A stretch of 64,000 nucleotides of DNA. Origin: a virus (taxonomy: Duplodnaviria > Caudoviricetes). The position numbers and the translations under genes are program-made. The notes beneath the pieces are model-generated. The model ran no database searches, had not been told where the DNA came from, and was given only the letters and a program-made list of their open reading frames with translations. Shown here piece after piece: positions 27,431 through 36,693 of the stretch (the stretch's first letter is position 1; each line of letters begins with the position of its first letter). The DNA is taken from IMG/VR virus record IMGVR_UViG_3300035499_000517, positions 1-64,000 of that record; one strand, given 5' to 3'.

Positions 27431-29338
27431 TTAGTAATTCTTATGTATCTCAGTTACTGCTGTATATAATCCTTTATGGACGATATCCAATGCTTCACGA
27501 ATTGTAATTGGGAAGAAATCCTGATCCCAAACATCATAATGGTTGTGCCAATCCAAATTCCAATAACAACGGCTTCCGTGGATATGGCCATGAATGTTTA
27601 CTTCATCATTCTTTACGGGATATGGACAATGCGTAAGAATCACTCTTTCAGAAGATGTGATATCATACGTTGCAATATCTGTAACCGATAAGAATCCCAT
27701 CTTAACATAATCCTCAATTGGATAAGGATCGTTGTTTCCAAGGATGAAATAGAGATTCTTGGTATTTAACTTAGCAAGTGTATCTTTACAAAGTTTCCAC
27801 GAACCAGTTCCTTTCTTACCATCCAAATCACCAAGAATCAGGAGCTTTGAATCTCTTCCAACTCTGGAATTGATATTCCGGATAATCTGATCTGTTTTCT
27901 TCTTGTCCGTTGTACTGAGATGCAAATCGCCAATTAAGAAGGTATCTGGAGATAACGCAGATTGTAAGAGGTCCGGTCGATAAGGACGCTCTCCATCCAG
28001 AAGATGAACACAATCAACCCCGTTAGAATCTGAATACTGTCTGTTGATGTACGTCTTCAGTTCATTCTTCGCCGTTCCAGCAATGATACGCCATTTACGA
28101 AGTTGTGTACTTACATCCGTTAAATCTTCCATGAGTAAGAACTGATTGTAATCTTTCTTATTCTGCTTTCTTCTTATGATACCGAAATCCTTTTCGTTAC
28201 ATCTTGTAATAACGAAAGGATATTCTACGTATTTCTCAATCTCTCCTCTTTCGAGCATCATCACTTCAAGTCCATCAAAGATGAAGATCTGCTTTGGATG
28301 TTCTGATGCATATTTAAGAAGCTCTTTAATGACATTTACTTTGTAGATATATGTAGCGGTTGATTGAGTATCGTTGATATCAATCCCCTTCTTCATATTC
28401 TTTCGCATGGCTTCTCTTACGATAGTATCTGCTGAAGTGATCTGACTTAAATGGACAGGCTGTTCATGTCCTGATAATAAGGAAAGACGAAAGATCTTTG
28501 CATCCGGGACTCTTGCTAAAGCATCAAGTGAGAAGTTCTCAATATCGGTATTTACCGTTCTTGCAGGAACTACAAAGATGATATTTTTCTTTTTGCTCTC
28601 TTTCTTGTAGAACATGATCTTGTCATCTTTAATTGTAAAATTCGGCTCATCTGCTTCCTCAAAGAAAACATCGTCCATAGACTCCGTAAACATCTGAGCA
28701 TGATCTTCTGCATACTTTAACTTCTCGATGAATCTCTCTGTTACGAGATCGGAATCATCCATAAGTCTCCAGATATTTGCTCCTTTGACATATTTATTAT
28801 ACGGCTTGTCAATTAAGAAAACACTAAACTTTGGAGCAATTTGAAGTGCCTGCTTTGGAGAATCCTCTACAATGACATCTACTCCAATTCCAGATAACTG
28901 CGCAACTTTATCGTACAAACCAAAATGGAAGGTATCATAATAGATCCCTTCACGTTTTAACCATTTTCTTATAGTATCTTCTTTTGCAGCAAGATTCTCC
29001 GGAGTATTTTCTGAATCATCTCCACATCTTGCTGTTACAATATGTACAGTATACCCATTTTTATGAAGACCATTTGTAAGTTCTTTTACATTCTTTCGTA
29101 CAGGGATTCCATTTCCTTTTATAATAGCATCCCATAACGCATCTTTCCAACTTTTCAACCAGTCTTTATCATCGACGAATTCATCAAACATGTTCTCTGG
29201 TGGATAAATACTGTAATCACACGGTTTTGTATACTCTTTTCCGAACTTTTCTTTGTAAGCATTATGAAAATGCGTTACAACGAAATTAAGTTCGTCGGTA
29301 ATCGTACCGTCTATATCAAATGCTACTGATTTAAGCAT
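27431..29338 (-). CDS. Fusion of HAD 5'-nucleotidase-like domain and calcineurin-like metallophosphoesterase
   Basis: N-terminal AFDIDGT, VTAR, VEDSP, PYN (NT5C-like HAD); C-terminal GDLH, GD, GNND, THCP, HGHIH. Confidence 0.85.
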   Translation of the reverse strand: MLKSVAFDIDGTITDELNFVVTHFHNAYKEKFGKEYTKPCDYSIYPPENMFDEFVDDKDWLKSWKDALWDAIIKGNGIPVRKNVKELTNGLHKNGYTVHIVTARCGDDSENTPENLAAKEDTIRKWLKREGIYYDTFHFGLYDKVAQLSGIGVDVIVEDSPKQALQIAPKFSVFLIDKPYNKYVKGANIWRLMDDSDLVTERFIEKLKYAEDHAQMFTESMDDVFFEEADEPNFTIKDDKIMFYKKESKKKNIIFVVPARTVNTDIENFSLDALARVPDAKIFRLSLLSGHEQPVHLSQITSADTIVREAMRKNMKKGIDINDTQSTATYIYKVNVIKELLKYASEHPKQIFIFDGLEVMMLERGEIEKYVEYPFVITRCNEKDFGIIRRKQNKKDYNQFLLMEDLTDVSTQLRKWRIIAGTAKNELKTYINRQYSDSNGVDCVHLLDGERPYRPDLLQSALSPDTFLIGDLHLSTTDKKKTDQIIRNINSRVGRDSKLLILGDLDGKKGTGSWKLCKDTLAKLNTKNLYFILGNNDPYPIEDYVKMGFLSVTDIATYDITSSERVILTHCPYPVKNDEVNIHGHIHGSRCYWNLDWHNHYDVWDQDFFPITIREALDIVHKGLYTAVTEIHKNY

Positions 29339-29483
29339 TTTTCTTGTTCCCCTTTCTTGTAATATTTTAGATTATTCATTTGTCCTACCCTGTATTAAAA
29401 TCATGTCACGTTATGCAAAAAAAAAACATTACTCTAAGAGTAAAGTAAGGTGTTTTTGTACTTGAAAGGTAGGTTATGAATCC

Positions 29484-30104
29484 ATGGATATCAACCAGAT
29501 TGCAGAATACTTGAATAAATGGCAGGGTGGTGAAATACTGTTATTTCTAGTTGGTTGTTACACGGTGTTTAAGAAAGGCTATGACGTAATTCATAAAGTA
29601 GTAACTTGGTATCGTGGTCGAGTTACAGAGGATATTAATAAGGAGGAAAGATTGACCGGTATCCTCTCAGATATCACGACGATTAAAAAAGAAATGGATG
29701 ACCTATCAAACGATTTTAACGCTTACAAACATATGGTAGACCAAAGAATGACCGATAATATGGAATCTGCTGATAACGCGAACGAATCGGTGAATAAATC
29801 ATTTGATGATCTTGAAAAGTCCATTCGAGAGATTTCACCTAAGTTACAGCTTATGGAACAAAGAATCGAGAAACTGGAACGCCAGATTGGAGATTTGCTA
29901 CGTTCCGACGTCGATTATATCAAAGCATATATTACTGACGCGTATAACAAATACGTCAAAGAGGAGCAGCATATCGATCTGCTCACCTTGCAAAACGTCG
30001 AGTCCGTGTATAACCGCTTACTTGAAGAGACAGGATCCGAAGATGAGTTCTTATCAAAGTTGATGAGAGATCTTAGGAACCTCCCGACGACCAAACAAGA
30101 GTAA
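29484..30104 (+). CDS. Putative holin-like membrane/coiled-coil protein
   Basis: Single N-terminal hydrophobic segment, coiled coil, Firmicute-phage-type C-terminus; late motif AACA-TTACTC-TAA at 29425-29437. Confidence 0.45.
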   Translation: MDINQIAEYLNKWQGGEILLFLVGCYTVFKKGYDVIHKVVTWYRGRVTEDINKEERLTGILSDITTIKKEMDDLSNDFNAYKHMVDQRMTDNMESADNANESVNKSFDDLEKSIREISPKLQLMEQRIEKLERQIGDLLRSDVDYIKAYITDAYNKYVKEEQHIDLLTLQNVESVYNRLLEETGSEDEFLSKLMRDLRNLPTTKQE

Positions 30105-30110
30105 AAAAAA

Positions 30111-30147
30111 AAAGAAGGAACTGGAGTAATTAACCAGTTCCTTCTTT
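30111..30147. terminator. Bidirectional intrinsic terminator
   Basis: AAAGAAGGAACTGG / CCAGTTCCTTCTTT stem flanked by A and T tracts between convergent genes. Confidence 0.8.
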
Positions 30148-30159
30148 CTGCACACGAAA

Positions 30160-31080
30160 TTAGAATTTTACGACCTGATATACAGGCACGTTATATTGGC
30201 AACCAGAAGCTAAAGCTTTCGAATGGCTGCTTTTAAAGATATCGAGATGATTTGCATTTATCATACCACCTCGGTCTTGAACAGTATAAACATGACCATC
30301 TACCTCAAGCTGGGTTCCAAATGGAATGCTTGCATCTGCCGCTACGGTAACTCCTTCTGTCGGTACAGCACCACTTGCAGTCTTATGCATACCTGAGTAA
30401 ATGCCACAGCATATTGAGCATTCACAAGAGTAGGTGATCTTATAATAACCAAGCAAGATCTTTACGTCCTGATCAGTTAAATAATCTGCAGAGCAATATC
30501 CGGTTCCTTTTGAGGTTTTTACTTTATACCACTTTCCTTCCTGCTCTACATCATCTATGTAAACGGTTGTAAGTCCAACCACTTTTAATTTTGTGCCGAG
30601 ATTCACTTTCATCATAACCTCAGCATCTGAATTTGGTTCTTTTCTTATATTTAACGTGTTCGTGGATACCATTAATTTTGTATCCATCTTATCCGTTTTT
30701 GTCGATGTAACTGGTTCAACCTCTTCAACAACTTCATCCTCTACTTTTGTCTTAGTATAATTCATCGCTGTCGCAGTCTGTAAAGAAGCCTGGACTGTAT
30801 CAGTCTCTATCGTCTCTACAAAGAGAGGTCTTCCCTCTTCAAAAATTTCTTTTGCTATCTCATTGATTTCATAGCTAATCCCGGCTGTTAAGCTCGGCTC
30901 CTTATTTGCATCTCTCACCTCTGTACTTAGTTGGGAAATTAATTCCTCTGTATCCTTAAGTCTTTTGTGGAAATGGAAAATTGTAAGGATCATCATGATT
31001 GCTAAAACCCCTAGTCCAGCGAGCATAAAACGTTCTCGCATAGTTACCCTGTTTGATTTGTTGTGATAATATTTAGTCAT
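30160..31080 (-). CDS. Membrane-anchored SH3b + 3D-domain peptidoglycan hydrolase
   Basis: N-terminal TM; SH3b (LNIRKEP...WYKV...GYCSADYL); 3D domain (TASG, VAAD, IPFGT, VQDRGG, HLDIF) with CxCxxCCG. Confidence 0.88.
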   Translation of the reverse strand: MTKYYHNKSNRVTMRERFMLAGLGVLAIMMILTIFHFHKRLKDTEELISQLSTEVRDANKEPSLTAGISYEINEIAKEIFEEGRPLFVETIETDTVQASLQTATAMNYTKTKVEDEVVEEVEPVTSTKTDKMDTKLMVSTNTLNIRKEPNSDAEVMMKVNLGTKLKVVGLTTVYIDDVEQEGKWYKVKTSKGTGYCSADYLTDQDVKILLGYYKITYSCECSICCGIYSGMHKTASGAVPTEGVTVAADASIPFGTQLEVDGHVYTVQDRGGMINANHLDIFKSSHSKALASGCQYNVPVYQVVKF

Positions 31081-31353
31081 AAAATATAATCTCCTTTGTG
31101 TTAGTTTGAATTACTAGTGACTATTGGACCCTATCCTATCGCATATTTCTACACGCGTCAGTGGGCTTACCTCTTGCAACTTTATATCCTCCTTTCATAG
31201 ATTTTCTTTTCCTTTCTTTAGATTATTAATACTTCTATTCACTAAGATAATATATAAGTGAAATTTGCATCTTTTAATAAACTGTAATTCCAGTATTCAA
31301 ATCTACAAAAAACAAAATCTTAAGTAAGTCCTAAGGAAAGGAGGGAGAACGAA

Positions 31354-32073
31354 ATGTCAAAAGATTTGATTATGCTCGAACTTGGGATGTTAGAGAGTGA
31401 TTATGAAGAGTCTGGTATTTATGAAATTGGACGTGCACTTTCTAATACCATTCAAAAATTGATTGCAGACATGAAATCCTATATCACAAAATTGAAGAAT
31501 GATTGTACAGTCATGTATGCGCAAATAGAGAAGAATAAACGATTTAAAGAGCTTAAAGCCCTTGTAAATACACCGGAAGGGAAGAATAAAAAGTTCTACT
31601 TTTTAAATATTCCAGGTGCAGTGACCATGTATCAGGATGCTATGAAACAATTCACAAAAGAGCTTGATAAGATTATTAAGAAAAGCTATGCAACATATTC
31701 AGATAATGAAGAGAAGCAGCTTTCTTATAAGATTGATGAGTTCAATGATGAGCTGGAAGAATTTGATGAAGATCTTGAAGAAGAATTAAATAAGAGAATT
31801 GTAAAGAGGGGTTATGAAGCGTTGGAATATATCCAGCATATAGAAAAAGGAACAGACCCGATTTACAAGTATTACTTTAATTTGGTTCGGACTTATGAGA
31901 ACTTCAAAGCGGATGCTGAAAGAAAACTCCAGCATAAAGCAATTGATACAGATGATGAAATCAGGAAATTCGGTGGAATGAATAAAGTCCAGGTGTTACT
32001 GCGTAAGACTTCCAATAAAGCTTCCAAAGGAGCAAGAAGAATTCTTATCAAAGCAGTCTGGTGGACATCTTAA
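31354..32073 (+). CDS. Hypothetical helical protein (late, possible virion protein)
   Basis: 239 aa, AAGGAGG RBS, late motif 31311-31323. Confidence 0.8.
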   Translation: MSKDLIMLELGMLESDYEESGIYEIGRALSNTIQKLIADMKSYITKLKNDCTVMYAQIEKNKRFKELKALVNTPEGKNKKFYFLNIPGAVTMYQDAMKQFTKELDKIIKKSYATYSDNEEKQLSYKIDEFNDELEEFDEDLEEELNKRIVKRGYEALEYIQHIEKGTDPIYKYYFNLVRTYENFKADAERKLQHKAIDTDDEIRKFGGMNKVQVLLRKTSNKASKGARRILIKAVWWTS

Positions 32074-32124
32074 AATGACAAAAGAAAGAGAGGAGACAAA
32101 TATAAATCGTCTCCTCTCTCTTTT

Positions 32125-32430
32125 TTAAGCATTAATCTCATAAAACAAAAATCCTGTATAAGTAAGCAGGATGATAATGCAAATGCCTGTAACTCGTTTT
32201 ATCTCTTTAAACCAATACCGGAATCCATATAAATATAAATCCCTTATGTAAAACAAGTTCCAATTTACCCAAAATCTCTTTACTCTGTGAAGATACCTCC
32301 AAAATCCATGATAATACTTCTCTTCGGTTATCGGAATTAGTTCCCAATATACGCTATCCATTGGTGGTATATACCATATAATAGCTAGCATCAAGCAACA
32401 TAAAAAAGCAATAGTTCCTTTTAGAATCAT
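32125..32430 (-). CDS. Small membrane protein
   Basis: 101 aa with two hydrophobic segments; GGAGG RBS at the end of sbcD. Confidence 0.7.
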   Translation of the reverse strand: MILKGTIAFLCCLMLAIIWYIPPMDSVYWELIPITEEKYYHGFWRYLHRVKRFWVNWNLFYIRDLYLYGFRYWFKEIKRVTGICIIILLTYTGFLFYEINA

Positions 32431-32435
32431 TTTTC

Positions 32436-33620
32436 TTAATCCTCCTTAATTCCTAATCGCTCCCTTACCCTTTCTGCTGACATCTCTACATTCTTTCTTA
32501 CTTTTAAAAAGTACGAGACTTTCTCAGCTTGATCGACATTCCTGTCTAATAATATCTTGGTGTCCTCATCGAGTTCAGATAAATCTACTTTCGCTAAATC
32601 CTTTTCATTTTGCACATAGCCATGTGAAAATGCTAACTTCAACCCATTTACATCTTTAAAGCGTTCTTTAAAGAAATTCATAAGTCCTTCTGGATTATCA
32701 TATCCCACAGGGATATTGAATACAACACGAAGATTATCAATTTCGTATTTCTTCTTCTTGTCTAAAATCTTCTTGGCTTCGTTTTCCATATCTTCATATG
32801 AATTAAAAACGGAGTCTTTGTACCCATAAGACATTGTTACATATTTTAACGCTTTCTCGTTAATGAGAAATGTCTTCTTACAAGTTCCTTCATCAAAGTT
32901 TAATAGATAAAATCCTTTGTCTTCTTCCTCTCCATGGATCCATCGGAAAGTACTTCCAACATAAGAAACTTTTCCATCTAACCATTCTTTGCGAATGTGA
33001 TAATGCCCAAAGATGACTTCCCCTTTACAAATATCAGCGAGTTCATCTGCTGTAAAAGAAGGAGCCTTTCTTCTTATATGGTCTTTTGTCGTGCTTGGTT
33101 TGATATAAGGAAATGCTTCATTAATCATACCATGTCCAAAGACATAGTCGTACTTATCTTTTTCTAAAAAGAACTCTTTGTAATATTCTTCTTTATCAAA
33201 GACATATTCCTCAGGCATATATAAAACATGCATCCCTGGATAGAGTTCTTCTTCACTTATCGTATCAATGACCTTAAAATCATACGGAAGTTCTTTCCCT
33301 AATAACTGCGGAATATCCGCTGCTAAGGTATTAAAGATTCCGTATTGATCAGATTCATGAGAGCTTGTTCCATACACAACTCTCACTTTCTTTGCTGCTA
33401 CTAAAAAGAACAGCATTAATTTCTGTGCTAATCCAATAAATGGATCATTTGCATATAATTGCTTATCGAAAAAATCTCCACCGATAATAATAAAATCCAG
33501 TGGCTTTTCTTTTGTTAATTCTTGTAATTTCTCTCGTAGATAACTGATTCCATCATAGGTATTTTCATAACTCATTGCTCCTATATGGATATCAGCAAGG
33601 AATAATCCTCTATAACTCAT
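32436..33620 (-). CDS. sbcD: SbcD/Mre11-like nuclease
   Basis: ADIH, GGDFFD, GTSSHE, GHG, FGHYH metallophosphoesterase motifs; partner SbcC at 59889. Confidence 0.85.
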   Translation of the reverse strand: MSYRGLFLADIHIGAMSYENTYDGISYLREKLQELTKEKPLDFIIIGGDFFDKQLYANDPFIGLAQKLMLFFLVAAKKVRVVYGTSSHESDQYGIFNTLAADIPQLLGKELPYDFKVIDTISEEELYPGMHVLYMPEEYVFDKEEYYKEFFLEKDKYDYVFGHGMINEAFPYIKPSTTKDHIRRKAPSFTADELADICKGEVIFGHYHIRKEWLDGKVSYVGSTFRWIHGEEEDKGFYLLNFDEGTCKKTFLINEKALKYVTMSYGYKDSVFNSYEDMENEAKKILDKKKKYEIDNLRVVFNIPVGYDNPEGLMNFFKERFKDVNGLKLAFSHGYVQNEKDLAKVDLSELDEDTKILLDRNVDQAEKVSYFLKVRKNVEMSAERVRERLGIKED

Positions 33621-33729
33621 TTTATTATCCTCACTTATCTTCGTATTAAATTCTTGTCAGGCGCTTGAGTAAAAATAATTATTCTTATATATTATCTATA
33701 TAGAGTATTAGAAAAGGAGGTTTATTTTT

Positions 33730-34680
33730 ATGACTCAAGATCAGTTACAAGAAGAGATACGCCAATCTCAAGAAAGCGTATTAAAACCAACCGATTATAG
33801 TGAAACTGCTTATGTTGAAATGAAGGAGTTTCGTGCAAGGCAACTAGAATTATTAAAGGATTTTCTATTAACGAAAAAGATTGAAGGATGTAAGAATAGT
33901 ACCTTGCGTGATTATCATGATAAAGTGATGAAACTAATCGAATGGACTAAGAAAGATCTTATTGATTTAACCACGAAAGATATTAAGCAGTATTTAATGG
34001 AGTACCAAGAAAAGAGATCTATTCAAGAATCTTCATTAGATCAGATTCGAATTGTCTTATGCACATTCTTTAGATTTTTGGAAGATGAAGAACTCATTGT
34101 AAGAAACCCAGTGAGAACGATTCGAAAAATCAAAGCAGATGAGAAGATTCGTTTACCATTTACAGATGAAGAGCTCGTTATGATTCGAGATGCTACAAAG
34201 ACACCAAGAGATTTAGCCATTGTAGATTTACTCTATTCATCAGGAATTCGTATTGGAGAATTGGTTTCTCTTAATATCAAAGATATGGATTTTGGACAAC
34301 GTGAATTTGTTGTTTATGGAAAAGGAGGTACTGAACGCATTTGTTATTTTAATGCAAAAACGAAAGTAGAGATTTTAAGGTATTTAGGAACTAGAGATGA
34401 CAAAGAAGAAGCACTCTTTGTAACTCTTCGAGAACCACATCGAAGATTAAAGAAGAATGGAATTCGTCATATGCTAGACGATATTGAACTTCGAACAGGA
34501 GTGAGTAATATTCATCCTCATAGATTTAGAAGAACCCTAGCAACGAATCTTTTGGAGAAAGGAATGAGCTTGGAACAGGTGCAGTGCATTCTAGGTCATA
34601 AACGTCTTGAAACGACGCTCGTTTATGCGAAGATTAGTAATGCTGCTGTGAAACTCAATCATCAAAGATTTACAACTTAG
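33730..34680 (+). CDS. Tyrosine recombinase (XerD-like)
   Basis: SGIRIGEL (R), GKGG (K), HPHRFR (HxxR), LGH, TTLVY (Y) all intact; N-terminal SAM-like domain; early motif at 33688. Confidence 0.92.
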   Translation: MTQDQLQEEIRQSQESVLKPTDYSETAYVEMKEFRARQLELLKDFLLTKKIEGCKNSTLRDYHDKVMKLIEWTKKDLIDLTTKDIKQYLMEYQEKRSIQESSLDQIRIVLCTFFRFLEDEELIVRNPVRTIRKIKADEKIRLPFTDEELVMIRDATKTPRDLAIVDLLYSSGIRIGELVSLNIKDMDFGQREFVVYGKGGTERICYFNAKTKVEILRYLGTRDDKEEALFVTLREPHRRLKKNGIRHMLDDIELRTGVSNIHPHRFRRTLATNLLEKGMSLEQVQCILGHKRLETTLVYAKISNAAVKLNHQRFTT

Positions 34681-34762
34681 CGTGTAAAAGAAGGGATACC
34701 GCTTTGGTATCCCTTCCCCTACGCAAGGAGTTACTATATGAAAAAAAAAGAAGCTACCTTTT

Positions 34763-36475
34763 TTATTCCTCAGATGCAGTCTCTGCCTGCTCCTCTGAGG
34801 TCTCTTCTACCGGAGTAGACCCCTCGGTAGACTCAGCTGTCTCAACAGTATCCGTTGCTTCAGCTGTTGTATCAGTTGCCTCGGTTACATGAACCGGTGC
34901 TTCGTTGTAATCGATTGTAATTGCAGAAAGCTCTTCCATAGAAGTAACTGCTTTGATCTGGTTCTCAAGTGTCTGCTGATAAGATACCAGCGGACGAACC
35001 ACTGCCTCGATCTCCATTGCAAGCTGTGTAAGCTCTTCCAGAGTCCAGTCGTATGAGCAAACCTCACCAGTTGCATTCCATGACGGCTGATACGGAACTC
35101 CGCTCTGTGCTGCTAAAGAAGCAACCGAAATCATGGACTGAAGATATGTCTGCTTTTCTTTTGTAATGGAATAGCTTGCTTCAACTCCACCATGACAGGT
35201 AGATGTAATCGGATGAGCTGCAAGATACTCCTCAAGAGCTGTCTGGCTCTCTGTGATGCGGAACTGTTTTGCTGCCTCCAGATCAAGTGTCGTATAATCG
35301 GTAACCGGCTCAAGGTCAGAAACACGCTTGTCAACATCTTCTACCTTCTGGTTGGTGTTTGAAATGTCCTGAGAAACAGAGCTTACGCTTCTTGATACAG
35401 AGTTTACTGTATTTGATACACTCTGGAGTGCTTCCTGCTGCTCCTTCTTGAATGCATCGATTGTCTCATCCTGATTGCTTACTGATTTCCTCACGGTAAG
35501 GATGTCGTCAGTAACAGAGTTGATCTTCTTGGTCTGGTTGTTTACGGACTTCATCACATTGGTTACATTCTCTTTGAGAGGCGTAAAATCAGCATTCATT
35601 GTAGTGAATGCTTTTGAAAGTCTCTCAGCCTCAGACTTGTTGGACTCAACAGTCTTCTGGAGATCCTCGATGTTCTGTGCAACGCCGGCAATTGCCTGAG
35701 ATGCTTCCTGAACAGCTTTACCATTCTCATTGATGAAGCTTACGGCATTTGAGCTCTCCTCAGAGATACGGGTAAGCTTTGCATCATTGATCGTGTATGC
35801 TTTGTTTACATCATCAAGAGAAGTTGCAGCATTTGCACTAGCTTCGGAAGCTGCCTGTGCTGTCTGACGGAATCCTTCAACTGCGGCAGTAAATCCAGTT
35901 ATTGTATCCTGGAACTCCGTAATGGACTTCGATACAGAATCAACACTCTCGCGATCAATCTGCTGCTGCTGAGCAAGCTCAAGAACAGATTTGCTTACCA
36001 GATCGATTGCGTCTTTTGTCTCTTCATAATTCTTATTTACAGTAGATAATGTATCAGTTGTGGTGCTGATGCTCTCTGTGATTGACTTTACACTCTCCTG
36101 AAGTGTAGAGACTGTCTCCTGATTAGCAGAAGCCTGCTTCTCAAGAGTATCCAGTGCTGAGAGAACCTGTGTTAAAATAACATCTGTCTCGCTTGTCTTT
36201 GCCAGCGTTACTGTGCAAACGTCATCACTTTCTCCAAGGGTGATGCCAACACGCTTCTGATAACCAATTGCGTGAAGAAGAACAACGTTCTTGTCATCTT
36301 CATAAATATTGAAGTCGACAAGATTATTTTCATCACCAAACAAGGTTTTTACTTTATCTAAGGACTCGTTAACAACGATGCTCAAAGCCGGCAGAGTGTT
36401 ACCAGATACCAATGCAGAGGTACTGGAATATGTCTGAACGGAAACTTGTGTTCCATCTGCTAAAAGTAATCTCAT
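34763..36475 (-). CDS. Long coiled-coil protein with C-terminal DUF4376-like tail-fibre-associated domain
   Basis: Start moved to ATG 36475 (AAGGA RBS); ~330-aa heptad region; C-terminal LEAAKQ...WNATG...WTLEEL..L...I....QQ.LE.QI...S.EEL..I.IDY; late motif 36508-36520. Confidence 0.65.
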   Translation of the reverse strand: MRLLLADGTQVSVQTYSSTSALVSGNTLPALSIVVNESLDKVKTLFGDENNLVDFNIYEDDKNVVLLHAIGYQKRVGITLGESDDVCTVTLAKTSETDVILTQVLSALDTLEKQASANQETVSTLQESVKSITESISTTTDTLSTVNKNYEETKDAIDLVSKSVLELAQQQQIDRESVDSVSKSITEFQDTITGFTAAVEGFRQTAQAASEASANAATSLDDVNKAYTINDAKLTRISEESSNAVSFINENGKAVQEASQAIAGVAQNIEDLQKTVESNKSEAERLSKAFTTMNADFTPLKENVTNVMKSVNNQTKKINSVTDDILTVRKSVSNQDETIDAFKKEQQEALQSVSNTVNSVSRSVSSVSQDISNTNQKVEDVDKRVSDLEPVTDYTTLDLEAAKQFRITESQTALEEYLAAHPITSTCHGGVEASYSITKEKQTYLQSMISVASLAAQSGVPYQPSWNATGEVCSYDWTLEELTQLAMEIEAVVRPLVSYQQTLENQIKAVTSMEELSAITIDYNEAPVHVTEATDTTAEATDTVETAESTEGSTPVEETSEEQAETASEE

Positions 36476-36693
36476 TTTAGTATCATTCCTTTCTATAAGA
36501 ATTTTCTTTAATAGTCTGTTTTTTCTGGGAAAACTCAATGTTGATTTTACTTATATATTATCTATATGAAGCATGTAGAAAAAGATAAATTGGACGGTCT
36601 TATTTTATATAAGAAATTATCAAAATCTCTACATAGCTTTAGTGCGAAATGTGCACGAATACTATATTATTATTTTTTAAGGAGGTACTTGAC

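Noticed and set aside
33730-36538. Recombinase-driven tail-fibre shufflon or prophage att site
   Set aside because: No inverted repeats, duplicate fibre cassettes or host genes found around the recombinase by eye
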